DNA from: Macrostomum lignano
Taxonomy: Eukaryota
Direction: 5' to 3'
DNA length: 64,000 bases
NCBI GenBank assembly: GCA_002269645.1
Contig: NIVC01001876.1
Coordinates: forward strand, 120,818 to 184,817
Shown: positions 37,263 to 50,907 of the stretch, in pieces
Layout: every line of letters begins with the position of its first letter
Numbering within the stretch: the stretch's first letter is position 1
Notes under the pieces: model-generated
What the model was told of the DNA's origin: nothing
Databases searched by the model: none
Seen by the model: the letters and a program-made list of their open reading frames with translations, nothing else
Made by a program: the position numbers and the translations under genes

Positions 37263-38475
37263 TGCAAGCTCCTTAGCCCTCAAAGAAATTTTTAATTGTC
37301 GCACTTTAACCCAATAGTTGCTGTTATAATACTTAAGGAATCTTCGAAAAGTTTTTTGATCATTGCTTAATCCGCTCGTAACCTTCGATGAAATTTTTGA
37401 AACTTCTTCCCGAATCAAAAAGAATCTTCCTTAGTCCACTCGATCCAATGTCCCCCGACTAATTTACCGAGAACGGGCCTCTCTCCAAGAGACGCATCCT
37501 TTTCATAGCAGCCCATAGCAGCTAAAATAATGTCATTTCTTGCGTGAATGAGCGCGGATTAATTTAAAGAAGCATGAGACATAGTTGGATTGTAAGAAGT
37601 CTCGCACAAATTGGACTCGGCTCAGTTCTTATGCTGCGGAATTTAGTTGGGTTCTATGCTGCCTGATTTGGTCGTAAACAAAATTTTCTTTACTTTTGTA
37701 CTATTCTGCTTTGCTGTCTTGCGCGTAGCTTAATTTCTATATTCACACAGTAATTCTATCAGCTCTTGTGTACTCAAATGATTCCCATTGATTCCGTATT
37801 TAATAAATATATAGTTGTACAAAATAGGTATTAGTAAGGTATATTAAGAAGAACTTATAAAGTACAAGCCTAAACGTTTTTCTTGAGCGCCCATGAACAC
37901 TTAAAAACATGTTTGAATCAAGGACCACTAAAGCAACGTATATACAGGACGCGACACTCACGTTTCGTGGAAAAAGTTTTGAATAGGAAGTTTTCGTTTT
38001 TTCAGCACAAAAAATGTTATTGCTTTCGATGGGAGGCAGACCCAATGTTCATCTTTTCATATGTTGTGCTTTGTGCCTTTCTTATAGCTCTATTGATATC
38101 CATAAAGCTTTTCGCTCAGAAAATTAGGATTCTATGTTAATTTTTTGTCTACGTACATTACCTGTACCTGAAATCATAAAAATGCATGGCACGGCTCGAA
38201 TCTTGGATTTTATGAATCTATTTTATCATCTCCGTTACACATGTTACACAGTCAGCTAAAAATGACAAAATGGATTCATAAAAAAGTACTCCTTGGTTTG
38301 AATTTTCCACGCCGAAACCATGCAATGCTCAACTTTCCTCAGATCTCAGCCCCAAGTGTTGCAATTCACAGCACGCCTCGGTTTTCGTCTCGGGGGGGGG
38401 GGCGGTTCATATCTCCACTGGGTTAGGCGTTGAGCTGCTTTCTAACGTCTGTTTTATCTGGACAGACCGACTTCT

Positions 38476-38500
38476 GTCTATCTATCTATCTATCTATCTG

Positions 38501-38533
<33 letters not shown>

Positions 38534-38556
38534 GTATCTATCTATCTATCTATCTG

Positions 38557-38611
<55 letters not shown>

Positions 38612-38612
38612 G

Positions 38613-38647
<35 letters not shown>

Positions 38648-38672
38648 GTCTATCTATCTATCTATCTATCTG

Positions 38673-38719
<47 letters not shown>

Positions 38720-38720
38720 G

Positions 38721-38783
<63 letters not shown>

Positions 38784-38800
38784 GTCTATCTATCTATCTG

Positions 38801-38841
<41 letters not shown>

Positions 38842-38852
38842 TTATCTATCTG

Positions 38853-38897
<45 letters not shown>

Positions 38898-38924
38898 GTA
38901 TCTATCTATCTATCTATCTATCTG

Positions 38925-38975
<51 letters not shown>

Positions 38976-38976
38976 G

Positions 38977-39027
<51 letters not shown>

Positions 39028-39028
39028 G

Positions 39029-39111
<83 letters not shown>

Positions 39112-39112
39112 G

Positions 39113-39147
<35 letters not shown>

Positions 39148-39148
39148 G

Positions 39149-39195
<47 letters not shown>

Positions 39196-39196
39196 G

Positions 39197-39231
<35 letters not shown>

Positions 39232-39232
39232 G

Positions 39233-39274
<42 letters not shown>

Positions 39275-39275
39275 C

Positions 39276-39319
<44 letters not shown>

Positions 39320-39320
39320 G

Positions 39321-39363
<43 letters not shown>

Positions 39364-39380
39364 GTCTATCTATCTATCTG

Positions 39381-39447
<67 letters not shown>

Positions 39448-39451
39448 GTCC

Positions 39452-39485
<34 letters not shown>

Positions 39486-39512
39486 GTATCTATCTATCTA
39501 TCTATCTATCTG

Positions 39513-39575
<63 letters not shown>

Positions 39576-39592
39576 GTCTATCTATCTATCTG

Positions 39593-39635
<43 letters not shown>

Positions 39636-39636
39636 G

Positions 39637-39735
<99 letters not shown>

Positions 39736-39736
39736 G

Positions 39737-39767
<31 letters not shown>

Positions 39768-39768
39768 G

Positions 39769-39818
<50 letters not shown>

Positions 39819-39843
39819 CATCTATCTATCTATCTATCTATCC

Positions 39844-39894
<51 letters not shown>

Positions 39895-39956
39895 GATCGA
39901 TCTATCTATCTATCTATCTATTTTATCCATCTATCTATCTATCTATCTATCTATCC

Positions 39957-40011
<55 letters not shown>

Positions 40012-40041
40012 GATCGATCTATCTGACCTATTAATCTATCC

Positions 40042-40109
<68 letters not shown>

Positions 40110-40126
40110 GTCTATCTATCTATCTG

Positions 40127-40177
<51 letters not shown>

Positions 40178-40178
40178 G

Positions 40179-40273
<95 letters not shown>

Positions 40274-40274
40274 G

Positions 40275-40305
<31 letters not shown>

Positions 40306-40306
40306 G

Positions 40307-40356
<50 letters not shown>

Positions 40357-40381
40357 CATCTATCTATCTATCTATCTATCC

Positions 40382-40432
<51 letters not shown>

Positions 40433-40494
40433 GATCGATCTATCTATCTATCTATCTATTTTATCCATCTATCTATCTATCTATCTATCTATCC

Positions 40495-40549
<55 letters not shown>

Positions 40550-40579
40550 GATCGATCTATCTGACCTATTAATCTATCC

Positions 40580-40621
<42 letters not shown>

Positions 40622-40668
40622 TTATCTATCGATCGATCGATCGATCTATCTGACCTAATAATCTATCC

Positions 40669-40716
<48 letters not shown>

Positions 40717-40757
40717 GTCTATCTATCTATCTATCTATCTGACCTAATAATCTATCC

Positions 40758-40805
<48 letters not shown>

Positions 40806-40850
40806 GTCTATCTATCTATCTATCTATCTGACCTAATAATCTATCTATCC
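38476..40850. repeat. About 2.4-kb (TATC)n/(GATA)n microsatellite
   Basis: Direct reading; variant units TGTC, TCCA, TCGA; source of the spurious 534-aa and 376-aa ORFs. Confidence 0.98.
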
Positions 40851-42513
40851 TCAAATATCAACAGGCCTGAAGTGGTACTAAACACTGAAGCCTTGAAAAT
40901 ACACTGGTAAAATGCTTTTCGCCTGCCAACTGCATGAGTTTCCCTAAGAACAAACCGCATGCTCCTCCCTAAAGTGCACACAGATTTGCGTTTTTTGCGG
41001 TCTCATACTTCGTATTTAATGATGTAGCTGGAAGTTTTTGACACTTCGATCAGTTGGGCCGACATTAATCACGAGCGCTGCCTCATTTGCATAAGAAAAC
41101 ACAGCTCGACTGTTATATAAGATTCTGCTTTGCACTGAGCACTCAGTGAGCAAAGCTTCTGGTTGCCTTATTTGTTGCAATTTGAGGATAAATTTAGCCT
41201 ACATTTTATATCTCAGTGGACCGATAAACATGCTTTTGAGCTATGGAGAGGCGCCTTGGGGTTAATCTCGGATTTAGGACAATTGTACAAGCTTATAGAT
41301 CTAATCAGAGTATGAAAATACAGGTATTTTATAGCCTTCTTGAATCTCTTAATCTGAATAGGCGGGATCTTATCATATCAGAGAGCATTGTTAGTATAGT
41401 TGTTTACCAGATTCTGCGACGGGATTAGCCAAATTCGATAACAACCCGAATGACCTTCTTTTCTACCTATCTATCTATCTATCTATCTCAAAACTCAGCT
41501 AAAAACTGTTGGTAAGAATTGACTTAAACCCTGCTGTGAATCATTCGTGCAAATTTAATTATATTAAGCATTTATTTTTCTATTTGAATTGTTACAAAAG
41601 TTACAAATTACGCAAATTAATGATAATTAAAAAAACAAAGTCGACAGAAAGCCGAGCCTCAATAGGACTTTTTTACACAAACATGGCTACACATTGCACG
41701 AAGAACTATTAGATAAAATCTATACCTACAAAGGGAACTTGCATGTGTATCGCAGTCTGATAGATCAGTACAAAGCGAGTAATAACAGACGTCACTAACG
41801 TCGATCAGATAGCGTCACGAAACATGGATAAAATAGCATTGAAAACATCAATCACAACCAGGTAGGTACTAAAAGTCCACAATACTGGAATAAATATTGA
41901 TCGAAAACAGACATAATTTCATCGTGTTTACCCAGCTGACCAGAATCCAGGTCAAAACTTTAGGCTGTGCAATTGACACGCAAAATTCAATAGCATCATG
42001 GATTCTTCAATTAGAATCATCGGGATTAATAAATAAGCTAGCTATTATCGGTGACTAGAATCTTGTGTCAGGACAAAGACAATTTAAATAAATAATTGTT
42101 AGTGGGCGAATATAAGTGTAAATAGTGGTACGTTAGTTAAAACACGCAGAAAAGTTAGTAGGGTAGCACATTACGAGCTATACAAGCGCGCCAATACTGT
42201 ACGCAGGCGCACGCACTCATACAGGGCGTACAGCGGCTCCAACTTTCTAAGTCGGTGAGGCATGTACGAGGCATGTAAATGTAAGCCCCAAATGAACGTT
42301 GCCCGCGCACGCAATCGAACCCTTACAGGAGTCGTGGCGCGACCTTTAAAATCATCAAAATTAAAACTTCTTTTTTTGACGCTCCTCTGACTCTAAACTA
42401 AAGTACAAAACTAGCTGTGGTCTTTTGTAAACATGTCGAGATTTTCCGTGGTACATGCGAGTACATATAGTTTCCAGTTTATGGTGTGCCCACAACATAC
42501 TGGCAGTCGCAAT

Positions 42514-45500
42514 TCACTTGGTCTCAGCCGACAGTCGCTGGGCGCTGAATGGATCGTCGCAGTTGAGATTTCTCGACGTCGGCGAGCCACCGCCGTGAGA
42601 TTCCAACGTCTCGTTGAGCTGTTGAGGAAGCGGCCTGTGCGGATGCCGCTGGTGGTAATGGCAGTTGTGGTGTTGCCGGCGCCAGCTGCAAGTTGTTGGC
42701 TCTTTGCTGCTGTCGCTGTTGCTGTTACTTCTACCGGCGCTATTGTTGCTGCCTTGCTGCCTGTTGTTGTGATGGTTGTTGTTGTTGTTGTTGTTGGCAT
42801 TGTTGTTGGCATTGTTGCTGATTGAAGCCTGGGCGTCCTGCTGCTGCTGGTGGTGGTTTCGTGGCATCGAGTGCAGTCGCAGAGCTTCGCCAACGTTGGC
42901 GGCGGCTCCGCCTCGGTAAGCTTCGTCGCGATGTCGCGCTGGCGTCACAAGACGTCGCATTACCGCATTACCGTTCCGCCTCGCCGATGCGCTGGCCGTT
43001 GGACTTCGCCGAATCAATCGAAGCATGACGTTGCTGAAAGCGCGCCGAAATTTAAGCGACATCAAATTGTAAAGAATCGGGTTGGCTATGGAGGAGCCGA
43101 AGAATAGCGGGCCGGAGATGTGAAAAAGGGCCTGCTGGATCTTCGTGATGGCGCAGTCGTGGCAGAACGCCTCCTTGGGGACGGCCTCCGCCAGAATGCG
43201 AGACAGGTGGAACGGTGCATAGCATAGGAAGAAGGCCAGCACAATGCCAACTGCAATGGTGGATGCATGGGGTAATTGTTGTGAAGAAACTGAGAATGGT
43301 CATTTTTTTAATGGAGAATAGTCATTTAGGATCGTGTGATGAATTCATGAACAATCGCGTGAGTTTTCATGTAGAATCGTGTGAGTGTTCAGGTAGGTGA
43401 ATGATCAAGTAGAAACCTGTGAATGGTCAAGTAGAAACCTGTGAATGGTCAGGTAAAATCGTGTGAATGTTCAGGTAAGATCATGTGAATAGTCAGGTAG
43501 AATCTTATAATGCTCGTGTAGCATCGTATGAAAGGTCAGGTAAGATCGTGTGAATGGTCAGGTAGAGTCGTGTGAATGGTCAGGTAGAATCGTGTGAATC
43601 GTCGGGTAGAATCGTGTGAATCGTCGGGTAGAATCGTGTGAATCGTCGGGTAGAATCGTGTGAATCGTCGGGTAGAATCGTGTGAATGGTCGGGTAGAAT
43701 CGTGTTAATGGTCGGGTAGAATCGTGTGAATGGTTGGATAGAATCGTGTGAATGGTCGGGTAGAATCGTGTGAATGGTCAGGTAGAATCATGTGAATGGT
43801 CGGGGAAAATTGTGTGAATGGTCAGGTAGAATCTTGTGAATGGTCGGGTAGAATCTTGTGAATTGTCAAGCAGAATCGTGTGAATGCTCAGGTATAATTT
43901 TTTTGTATGCTCATATGAGATCGTGTGAGTATTCATTTTAGAATCGTGACAAGTTTGTGACCCATTTTGAGCAGTTTCTTCGCACTTTTTTATTCATTTA
44001 TCCGCTCATTTATTATTTTAGTGTTATTAATAATTATTTATTATATTTTTTCAAGCAGAGAATGCATCTGATTTTTAAATCCCTCCTATCTCCAAAAAAT
44101 CCAAGAGCTGATTAATTGGATTTGCGAGCAACGGAATTCAGCTATAACAAAAACCATGGTTACCACGCAACATAACAAAATATCTAAAGGAAGCTCTCAC
44201 AAGCCTAATGAACAAGCATTCAATCTAGGATTGGGACTTTTAACAACAAACTCGCAAGGCAGGTCGAGTGGGCTGTTAAGTGCCCGCCAGCTTCATCAGG
44301 CGCAATTGAGTTTCCACCGAGTCATCCCTTACTTCCTTCCGAGATTAGAAGCTCCCATAATGTACAGCTATGTGCTCAAGGATGCTTCTGCATGGAAACT
44401 GTTTGCCAATAGTTATTGTAAACGACTTTTTTGAATTATGCACTTTTAACGTTCGGGTTTGCTCACAACCGCAAAAAACGCAAATTATAGTGTGTTCTTT
44501 TCCCAAGTTCTCCAAACAACGTATGCATGCAAATGCATTGAACTTGGGCGAGAAAAGACGTATAAAGTGAAACCCACTGACCATGGAATCTCAGCAACCG
44601 CCATTGAGACTTGGAATCTCAGCAACCCACATTGAGACTTGGAATCTCAGCAACCCACATTGAGACTTGGAATCTCAGCAACCGCCATTGAGACTTGGAA
44701 TCTCAGCAACCCACATTGAGACTTGGAATCTCAGCAACCTCCATTGAGACTTGGAATCTCAGCAACCTCCATTGAGACTTGGAATCTCAGCAAACCTCCA
44801 TTGAGACTTGGAATCTCAGCAACCCCCATTGAGACTTGGAATCTCAGCAACCTCCATTAAGACTTGGAATCTCAGCAACCCCCATTGAGACTTGGAATCT
44901 CAGCAACCCACATTGAGACTTGGAATCTCAGCAACCCACCCCCTTTGAGACTTGGAATCTCTGCAACCCACATTGAGACTTGGAATCTCAGCAACCCACC
45001 CCCTTTGAGACTTGGAATCTCAGCAACCTCCATTGAGACTTGGAATCTCAGCAACCCACATTGAGACTTGGAATCTCAGCAACCCACCCCCTTTGAGAAT
45101 TGGAATCTCAGCAACCCCCATTGAGACTTGGAATCTCAGCAACCTCCATTGAGACTTGGAATCTCAGCAACCTCCATTAAGACTTGGAATCTCAGCAACC
45201 CCCATTGAGACTTGGAATCTCAGCAAACCCCATTGAGACTTGGAATCTCAGCAACCTCCATTGAGACTTGGAATCTCAGCAACCTCCATTGAGACTTGGA
45301 ATCTCAGCAACCTCCATTGAGACTTGGAATCTCAGCAAACCCCATTGAGACTTGGAATCTCAGCAACCTCCATTGAGACTTGGAATCTCAGCAACCTCCA
45401 TTGAGACTTGGAATCTCAGCAACCTCCATTGAGACTTGGAATCTCAGCAACCTCCATTGAGACTTGGAATCTCAGCAAACCTCCATTAAGACTTGGAATC

Positions 45501-48500
45501 TCAGCAACCCCCATTGAGACTTGGAATCTCAGCAAACCCCATTGAGACTTGGAATCTCAGCAACCTCCATTGAGACTTGGAATCTCAGCAACCTCCATTG
45601 AGACTTGGAATCTTAGCAAACCCCATTGAGACTTGGAATCTCAGCAACCTCCATTGAGACTTGGAATCTCAGCAAACCCCATTGAGACTTGGAATCTCAG
45701 CAACCCACATTGAGACTTGGAATCTCAGCAACCTCCATTAAGACTTGGAATCTCAGCAACCTCCATTGAGACTTGGAATCTCAGCAAGCCCCATTGAGAC
45801 TTAGAATCTTAGCAACCACCTCTATAACCTTGTCTTCAATCAATGCCAGGTTTTATACTTTCGAATATCCGTGTCTTGTACGGTTATCCGCCCAGATAGT
45901 ACAAGTACTTTCTGGTCTCCCCGGACATTGAAAGAGCTTTCTGATCTCTCCCGGAGATATCTCTAAGCTGCTTTACGTTCTTTGGGGTACTTTCAGTCTC
46001 CCCCCGGGAGTCACTGTTATGTCTTGCGTTGTCCGCAACTGGAGATCGCAAAGCAGAGTCAAATTTGTCTTGCGATCTCCGGCCGGAGACTGCAAACGCA
46101 CGGAGCTTGCAAAGCCCAACAGGGACTGTAAAAAACGCCCCAAAAAGCGCTCACCGAGCAGTTTCAGCAGAGTTTTTCGACCCCGCGCCTTCTGCACCGC
46201 CCGCTGCTCGTCGCTGGTGTGACTGTGCACCGAGCCGGCCGAGCTCTTCCTCGCTGCCGGATTCAACGAACGATGCACCGCAGTGCCAATTCGAACGTAC
46301 ATGGCAGCCATGAGCATCATTGGGCAGACGAACAGCAGCAGAGACGAAGCCAGAAACGAATACGGAATCCGTCGAGTCTTGGTCACCTCGCAGATTCGAG
46401 ACTCGATCAGCACTCGGCCCTGACTGCCGGTGCTTGAGTCGTTTCGAATTAGAACTTCGAATCCCAGCTGGGAGCTCATCACGCCAGACAGGCAGGCCGA
46501 CAGAATCCACGAGGCTGCGATGGCTTTCACGGCACGGCTGAGGCCCAGGCCGCGACGGATCTGGGCGAGATGTTGATGTTAGTAGTTAGTGCTGTTAGTT
46601 GATGTCAGGCGTGGTGAAATCACTGGACTCGATCGGTTCTTGGAAAACTACATTTTCAAAGCATTCGTTACCAGGTAGAAAAGTTATAAAAGATCATACA
46701 CATTCATTTTATATCTGTGCCTGATAAACTCAAGGTCTTTCATTGCTATTTGTTAGGTTTTTTCGAGAAAATACGCTTTTAAAAAGTACGCATTTACGTT
46801 TATTGATTAAAATCGTTAATGAATCTGAATTTATAAACGTTTGCGCGCAGAAATGCTGTTTAATCTCCTGTTAATCCCAAATCCCAAATCAAGACATCCC
46901 TTTCTGACAAGATCCACATAGGCCTCTGCTGGCTTCCCTTACTAAAATTTTTAATTAGTTGGACTGATTTTTATGAAGATATGAGCGTAGAACTCAATGC
47001 ACGCAAAAATTAAGGTGATTAGCATTCTATATTAATTAGGAAATATGGATAGATCAATTTAATTCGGGATTACGATACCGTCTGAGCCAGCTCTCCAGCT
47101 CGCTGTCTGGTTTGAAGTATTTTTTTCAATAGTTTTTCTTGTTTAAATTAGGCCATGAATAAATTCGTGTACTCATGTATATTAAATTTCCTTCAGTAGC
47201 ATTTATGATAATTAAAAATTTCCCATTTTGCTGTTTAACTGTCAGACAGGCAGGTGTTTCATCGTTTAAGTAAAATACCGCTTCCAAGAAGCATCACCTC
47301 CCAGCCCCGCTTCCAAGAAGCATCACCTCCCAGCAGCACCGCTTCCAGGAAGCATCACCTCCCAGCCCCGCTTCCAAGAAGCATCACCTCCCAGCAGCAC
47401 CGCTTCCAGGAAGCATCACCTCCCAACAGCACCGCTTCCAGGAAGCATCACCTCCCAGCAGCACCGCTTCCAGGAAGCATCACCTCCCAGCCCCGCTTCC
47501 AAGAAGCATCACCTCCCAGCAGTACCGCTTCCAAGAAGCATCACCTCCTAGCAGCATCGCTTTCAAGGAGCATCACCTCCCAGCAGCATCGCTTTCAAGG
47601 AGCATCACCTCTCAGCAGCATCGCTTTCAAGGAGCATCACCTCCCAGCAGCACCGCTTTCAGGAAGCATCACCTCCCAGCAGCACCGCTTCCAGTAAGCA
47701 TCACCTCCCAGCAGTACCGCTTCCAGGAAGCATCACCTCCCAGCAGTACCGCTTCCAGGAAGCATCACCTCCCAGCAGCACCGCTTCCAGGAAGCATCAC
47801 CTCCCAGCAGTACCGCTTCCAGGAAGCATCACCTCCCAGCAGTACCGCTTCCAGGAAGCATCACCTCCCAGCAGTACCGCTTCCAGGAAGCATCACCTCC
47901 CAGCAGCACCGCTTCCAGGAAGCATCACCTCCCAGCAGTACCGCTTCCAGGAAGCATCACCTCCCAGCAGTACCGCTTCCAGGAAGCATCACCTCCCAGC
48001 AGTACCGCTTCCAAGAAGCATCACCTCCCAGCAGTACCGCTTCCAAGAAGCATCACCTCCTAGCAGCATCGCTTTCAAGGAGCATCACCTCCCAGCAGCA
48101 TCGCTTTCAAGGAGCATCACCTCTCAGCAGCATCGCTTTCAAGGAGCATCACCTCCCAGCAGCACCGCTTTCAGGAAGCATCACCTCCCAGCAGCACCGC
48201 TTCCAGTAAGCATCACCTCCCAGCAGTACCGCTTCCAAGAAGCATCACCTCCCAGCAGTACCGCTTCCAGGAAGCATCACCTCCCAGCAGCACCGCTTCC
48301 AGGAAGCATCACCTCCCAGCAGTACCGCTTCCAGGAAGCATCACCTCCCAGCAGTACCGCTTCCAAGAAGCATCACCTCCCAGCAGTACCGCTTCCAGGA
48401 AGCATCACCTCCCAGCAGCACCGCTTCCAGGAAGCATCACCTCCCAGCAGTACCGCTTCCAAGAAGCATCACCTCCCAGCAGCACCGCTTCCAGGAAGCA

Positions 48501-49171
48501 TCACCTCCCAGCAGCACCGCTTCCAAGAAGCATCACCTCCCAGCAGTACCGCTTCCAAGAAGCATCACCTCCCAGCAGCACCGCTTCCAAGAAGCATCAC
48601 CTCCCAGCAGTACCGCTTCCAAGAAGCATCACCTCCTAGCAGCATCGCTTTCAAGGAGCATCACCTCCCAGCAACTGCAACCCAAGGAAACATCGGCTCC
48701 CGGTAGTTCCAACCCAATGAAATGTCACAATTTGAGAAGACACACCTGCATCGGGCGGCAGATGGCGCAGTATCTCTCCACAGTCAGAGCAGTGACAGTC
48801 AGGGCCGAACAGTAGGTGCACATCTCGGATAGAAAACCGGACCCAACGCACAGGAGCTGACTGTCAGGAAACGGATATCGTCTCCAGTGTGTGAGCAGAT
48901 CGAAGGGCAGTCGCGACCAAAGCACCACTAAGTCGGACACGCTCAAATTGAACAGATAAAAATTAGTAGCAGTTCGCATGAACTGCGTGCGCGCAATCAC
49001 TACGCAGGTGATTAAATTTCCAACGCAGCCGATAAAGAATATGCAGGCTAAAGCCACGGTTAGAGCAGTTAATTGGCCAACACTGTAAGTGGCAGCTTGG
49101 CCCCACTGATCTTCGATGCACTGTGCATCAGTGGTGTTTAAATCGCATTCCACAACGTGATAGGTTGTCAT
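42514..49171 (-). CDS. Class A neuropeptide GPCR, neuromedin-U/pyrokinin/CAPA (PRXamide) receptor-like
   Basis: Exons 49171-48746, 46560-46155, 43250-42514, phase-consistent GT-AG; GCVGNLITC..I....MRTATNFYLFNLSVSDL, LTVERYCAIC.P, F.LCYAPFH..R, ANPILYNLMS.KFRRAF. Confidence 0.88.
43370..43900. repeat. 22-bp minisatellite (TCGTGTGAATGGTCRGGTAGAA) in GPCR intron 2
   Basis: Direct reading. Confidence 0.92.
44583..45810. repeat. 29-30-bp minisatellite (CATTGAGACTTGGAATCTCAGCAACC..) in GPCR intron 2
   Basis: About 40 tandem copies by eye. Confidence 0.95.
47275..48672. repeat. 32-bp minisatellite (GCTTCCAGGAAGCATCACCTCCCAGCAGTACC) in GPCR intron 1
   Basis: Direct reading; period 32 at 47701 then 47733. 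Confidence 0.95.
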
Positions 49172-50374
49172 GACGAAGTCTACGCTTTGTTTAATTTTTG
49201 TCAAGAAAAATATTCATACATCTAGAGGCAAAAATTTTTAAGGGCTTTTGTATGAATGCATAGGAGAGAGCCTTCAGCCAACCAGATAGATGCTATACTT
49301 AAATCTGATTTCATTGGATAAAAGTCGACTGGGTCTGTGGATGAAGAACTCAGAAAAACTCAGCCATGCACATTGCACACTTAAACAGCTCTAATAGCAG
49401 CGCCTGATCGCTCTATGCTACTGATTTTGCTATTTATTCTAACTGCAAGTATGTAATGAGTTGTACAATATTAATTTCCGAGTGCAATTAGCAATTAGGC
49501 AATGACTACCATTGCGCACACTGTATTGTAAAGTTAAGACAATACCGCTAGGTAAGTATGGTGGGTCCCAAGAGCCACCTGGAACTTGAAATCCTCCTTT
49601 TCGTAGCGCAAAGCTATTTGAAGTAGGTCTGCACAACCAACTGTTGAAATACGTTAACAACTGCAGACTCTGAAGATCTTGAAGCAGTACATAAGTCCCC
49701 TGGGCTCGATTCTATTAACGTACGCGTGGTCACGCATGGGCCGTCAACGCATGGGCCGTCGGAGAGGGGGTCTGGCGGGCGAGATGTCCCATAAAATTCT
49801 TGGTCTAGTAATGAGATTTAACATCGAGGCTCTGATCCAGAAGCCACGACACCCCATTTTGAGTTCATGCACTAAATTCTGCATGACCTCAGAGGTCTTG
49901 TCGTGTAGCTTATTTACTCTCATTGGGGTCAGAGTGCGGGCACAAGGTAATTCGCTGCTCTAAAGGATGGGCGTTTTTCTTCTATTTTGGCTTATTAGAC
50001 AGCCAAATTGTCAGGAGTTCAGGCTGACAGCAAGGAGCATCAAATTGGTTTTTTCAGAGAAAATTTTAATAGCTATACCTATCTCTTTTTCGCAGTGATG
50101 AATCCATCCAAAAATTACCTTTAAAAAGTGAAATTAATCGCATTTGTGGAGTTTAATCACTGACTAATGCAGTTAGTACATGTCAATAAGCTTCTTTCTC
50201 TAGCGCTACATCAGGAAAGCAGTTCTATCGAACTAAAACTAACTTTTTCATCAGAAACATTAATAAAGAATTGACTGATGAATTAATTAACTGACGTACT
50301 GGATGCCAAATGCTTGACCTTGGACACGAAAATCCGCTAGCTAATCTGTTATTAACAGCAGGAATACGGTCCAA

Positions 50375-50907
50375 TTTTTGTTGCACTCCTTCTCAAACAA
50401 GAATCAAGTCGCCAGCTCTTCGGACCGTCAAGATATTCAACGATTCTGCCATGGAAGATCGGATTTTCCCATACTCAATACATCCCTGTGCGCCAATCAG
50501 CACTGTGCCTTAGTGTGCGGCCTTGCCAAACACGTGTGTCTGCATTAGCCCTGACTTCGTTAGTCACTTGTCTTGACCCACGCGGAGCGTCTAGACCTTC
50601 AACATTTGGCACCAAGGGACCACGGACTGTTGAAGGTCCTCTTGAAGGTCCAGAAGCTCCGCATTTGTCTAAGTAACTGACCAAAGAAGTCAGATATGAT
50701 GCAGACAAATTTAGTTGACGTGCTGATGAAACTTGGAGGCTTGGCAAGGCTGCACTGAGGCGCATTGCTGATTGGCGCACAGGGGTGTACTGAATACACT
50801 AGCTCTTATGGGGAAAATCCGACCTTCTGAAAGATTTGTTGAATATCTCGATAATCCAGAAGGCTGGCGACTTAATTCCTATTTGAGAAGGTGCGCAACA
50901 AAAAGTT
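50375..50907. mobile_element. Old foldback/MITE with about 160-bp diverged inverted arms
   Basis: 50375-50530 aligns to the reverse complement of 50740-50907 (e.g. AAGTCGCCAGC, AGATATTCAAC, TCGGATTTTCCC, CCCTGTGCGCCAATCAGCA); no TSD resolved. Confidence 0.7.

Noticed and set aside
38430-40034. 534-aa and 376-aa ORFs
   Set aside because: Translations of (TATC)n, which lacks stops in these frames; no coding complexity.
44583-48672. CRISPR-like regular repeats
   Set aside because: Units are contiguous with no unique spacers, lie in introns of a eukaryotic GPCR, and no cas genes are present.
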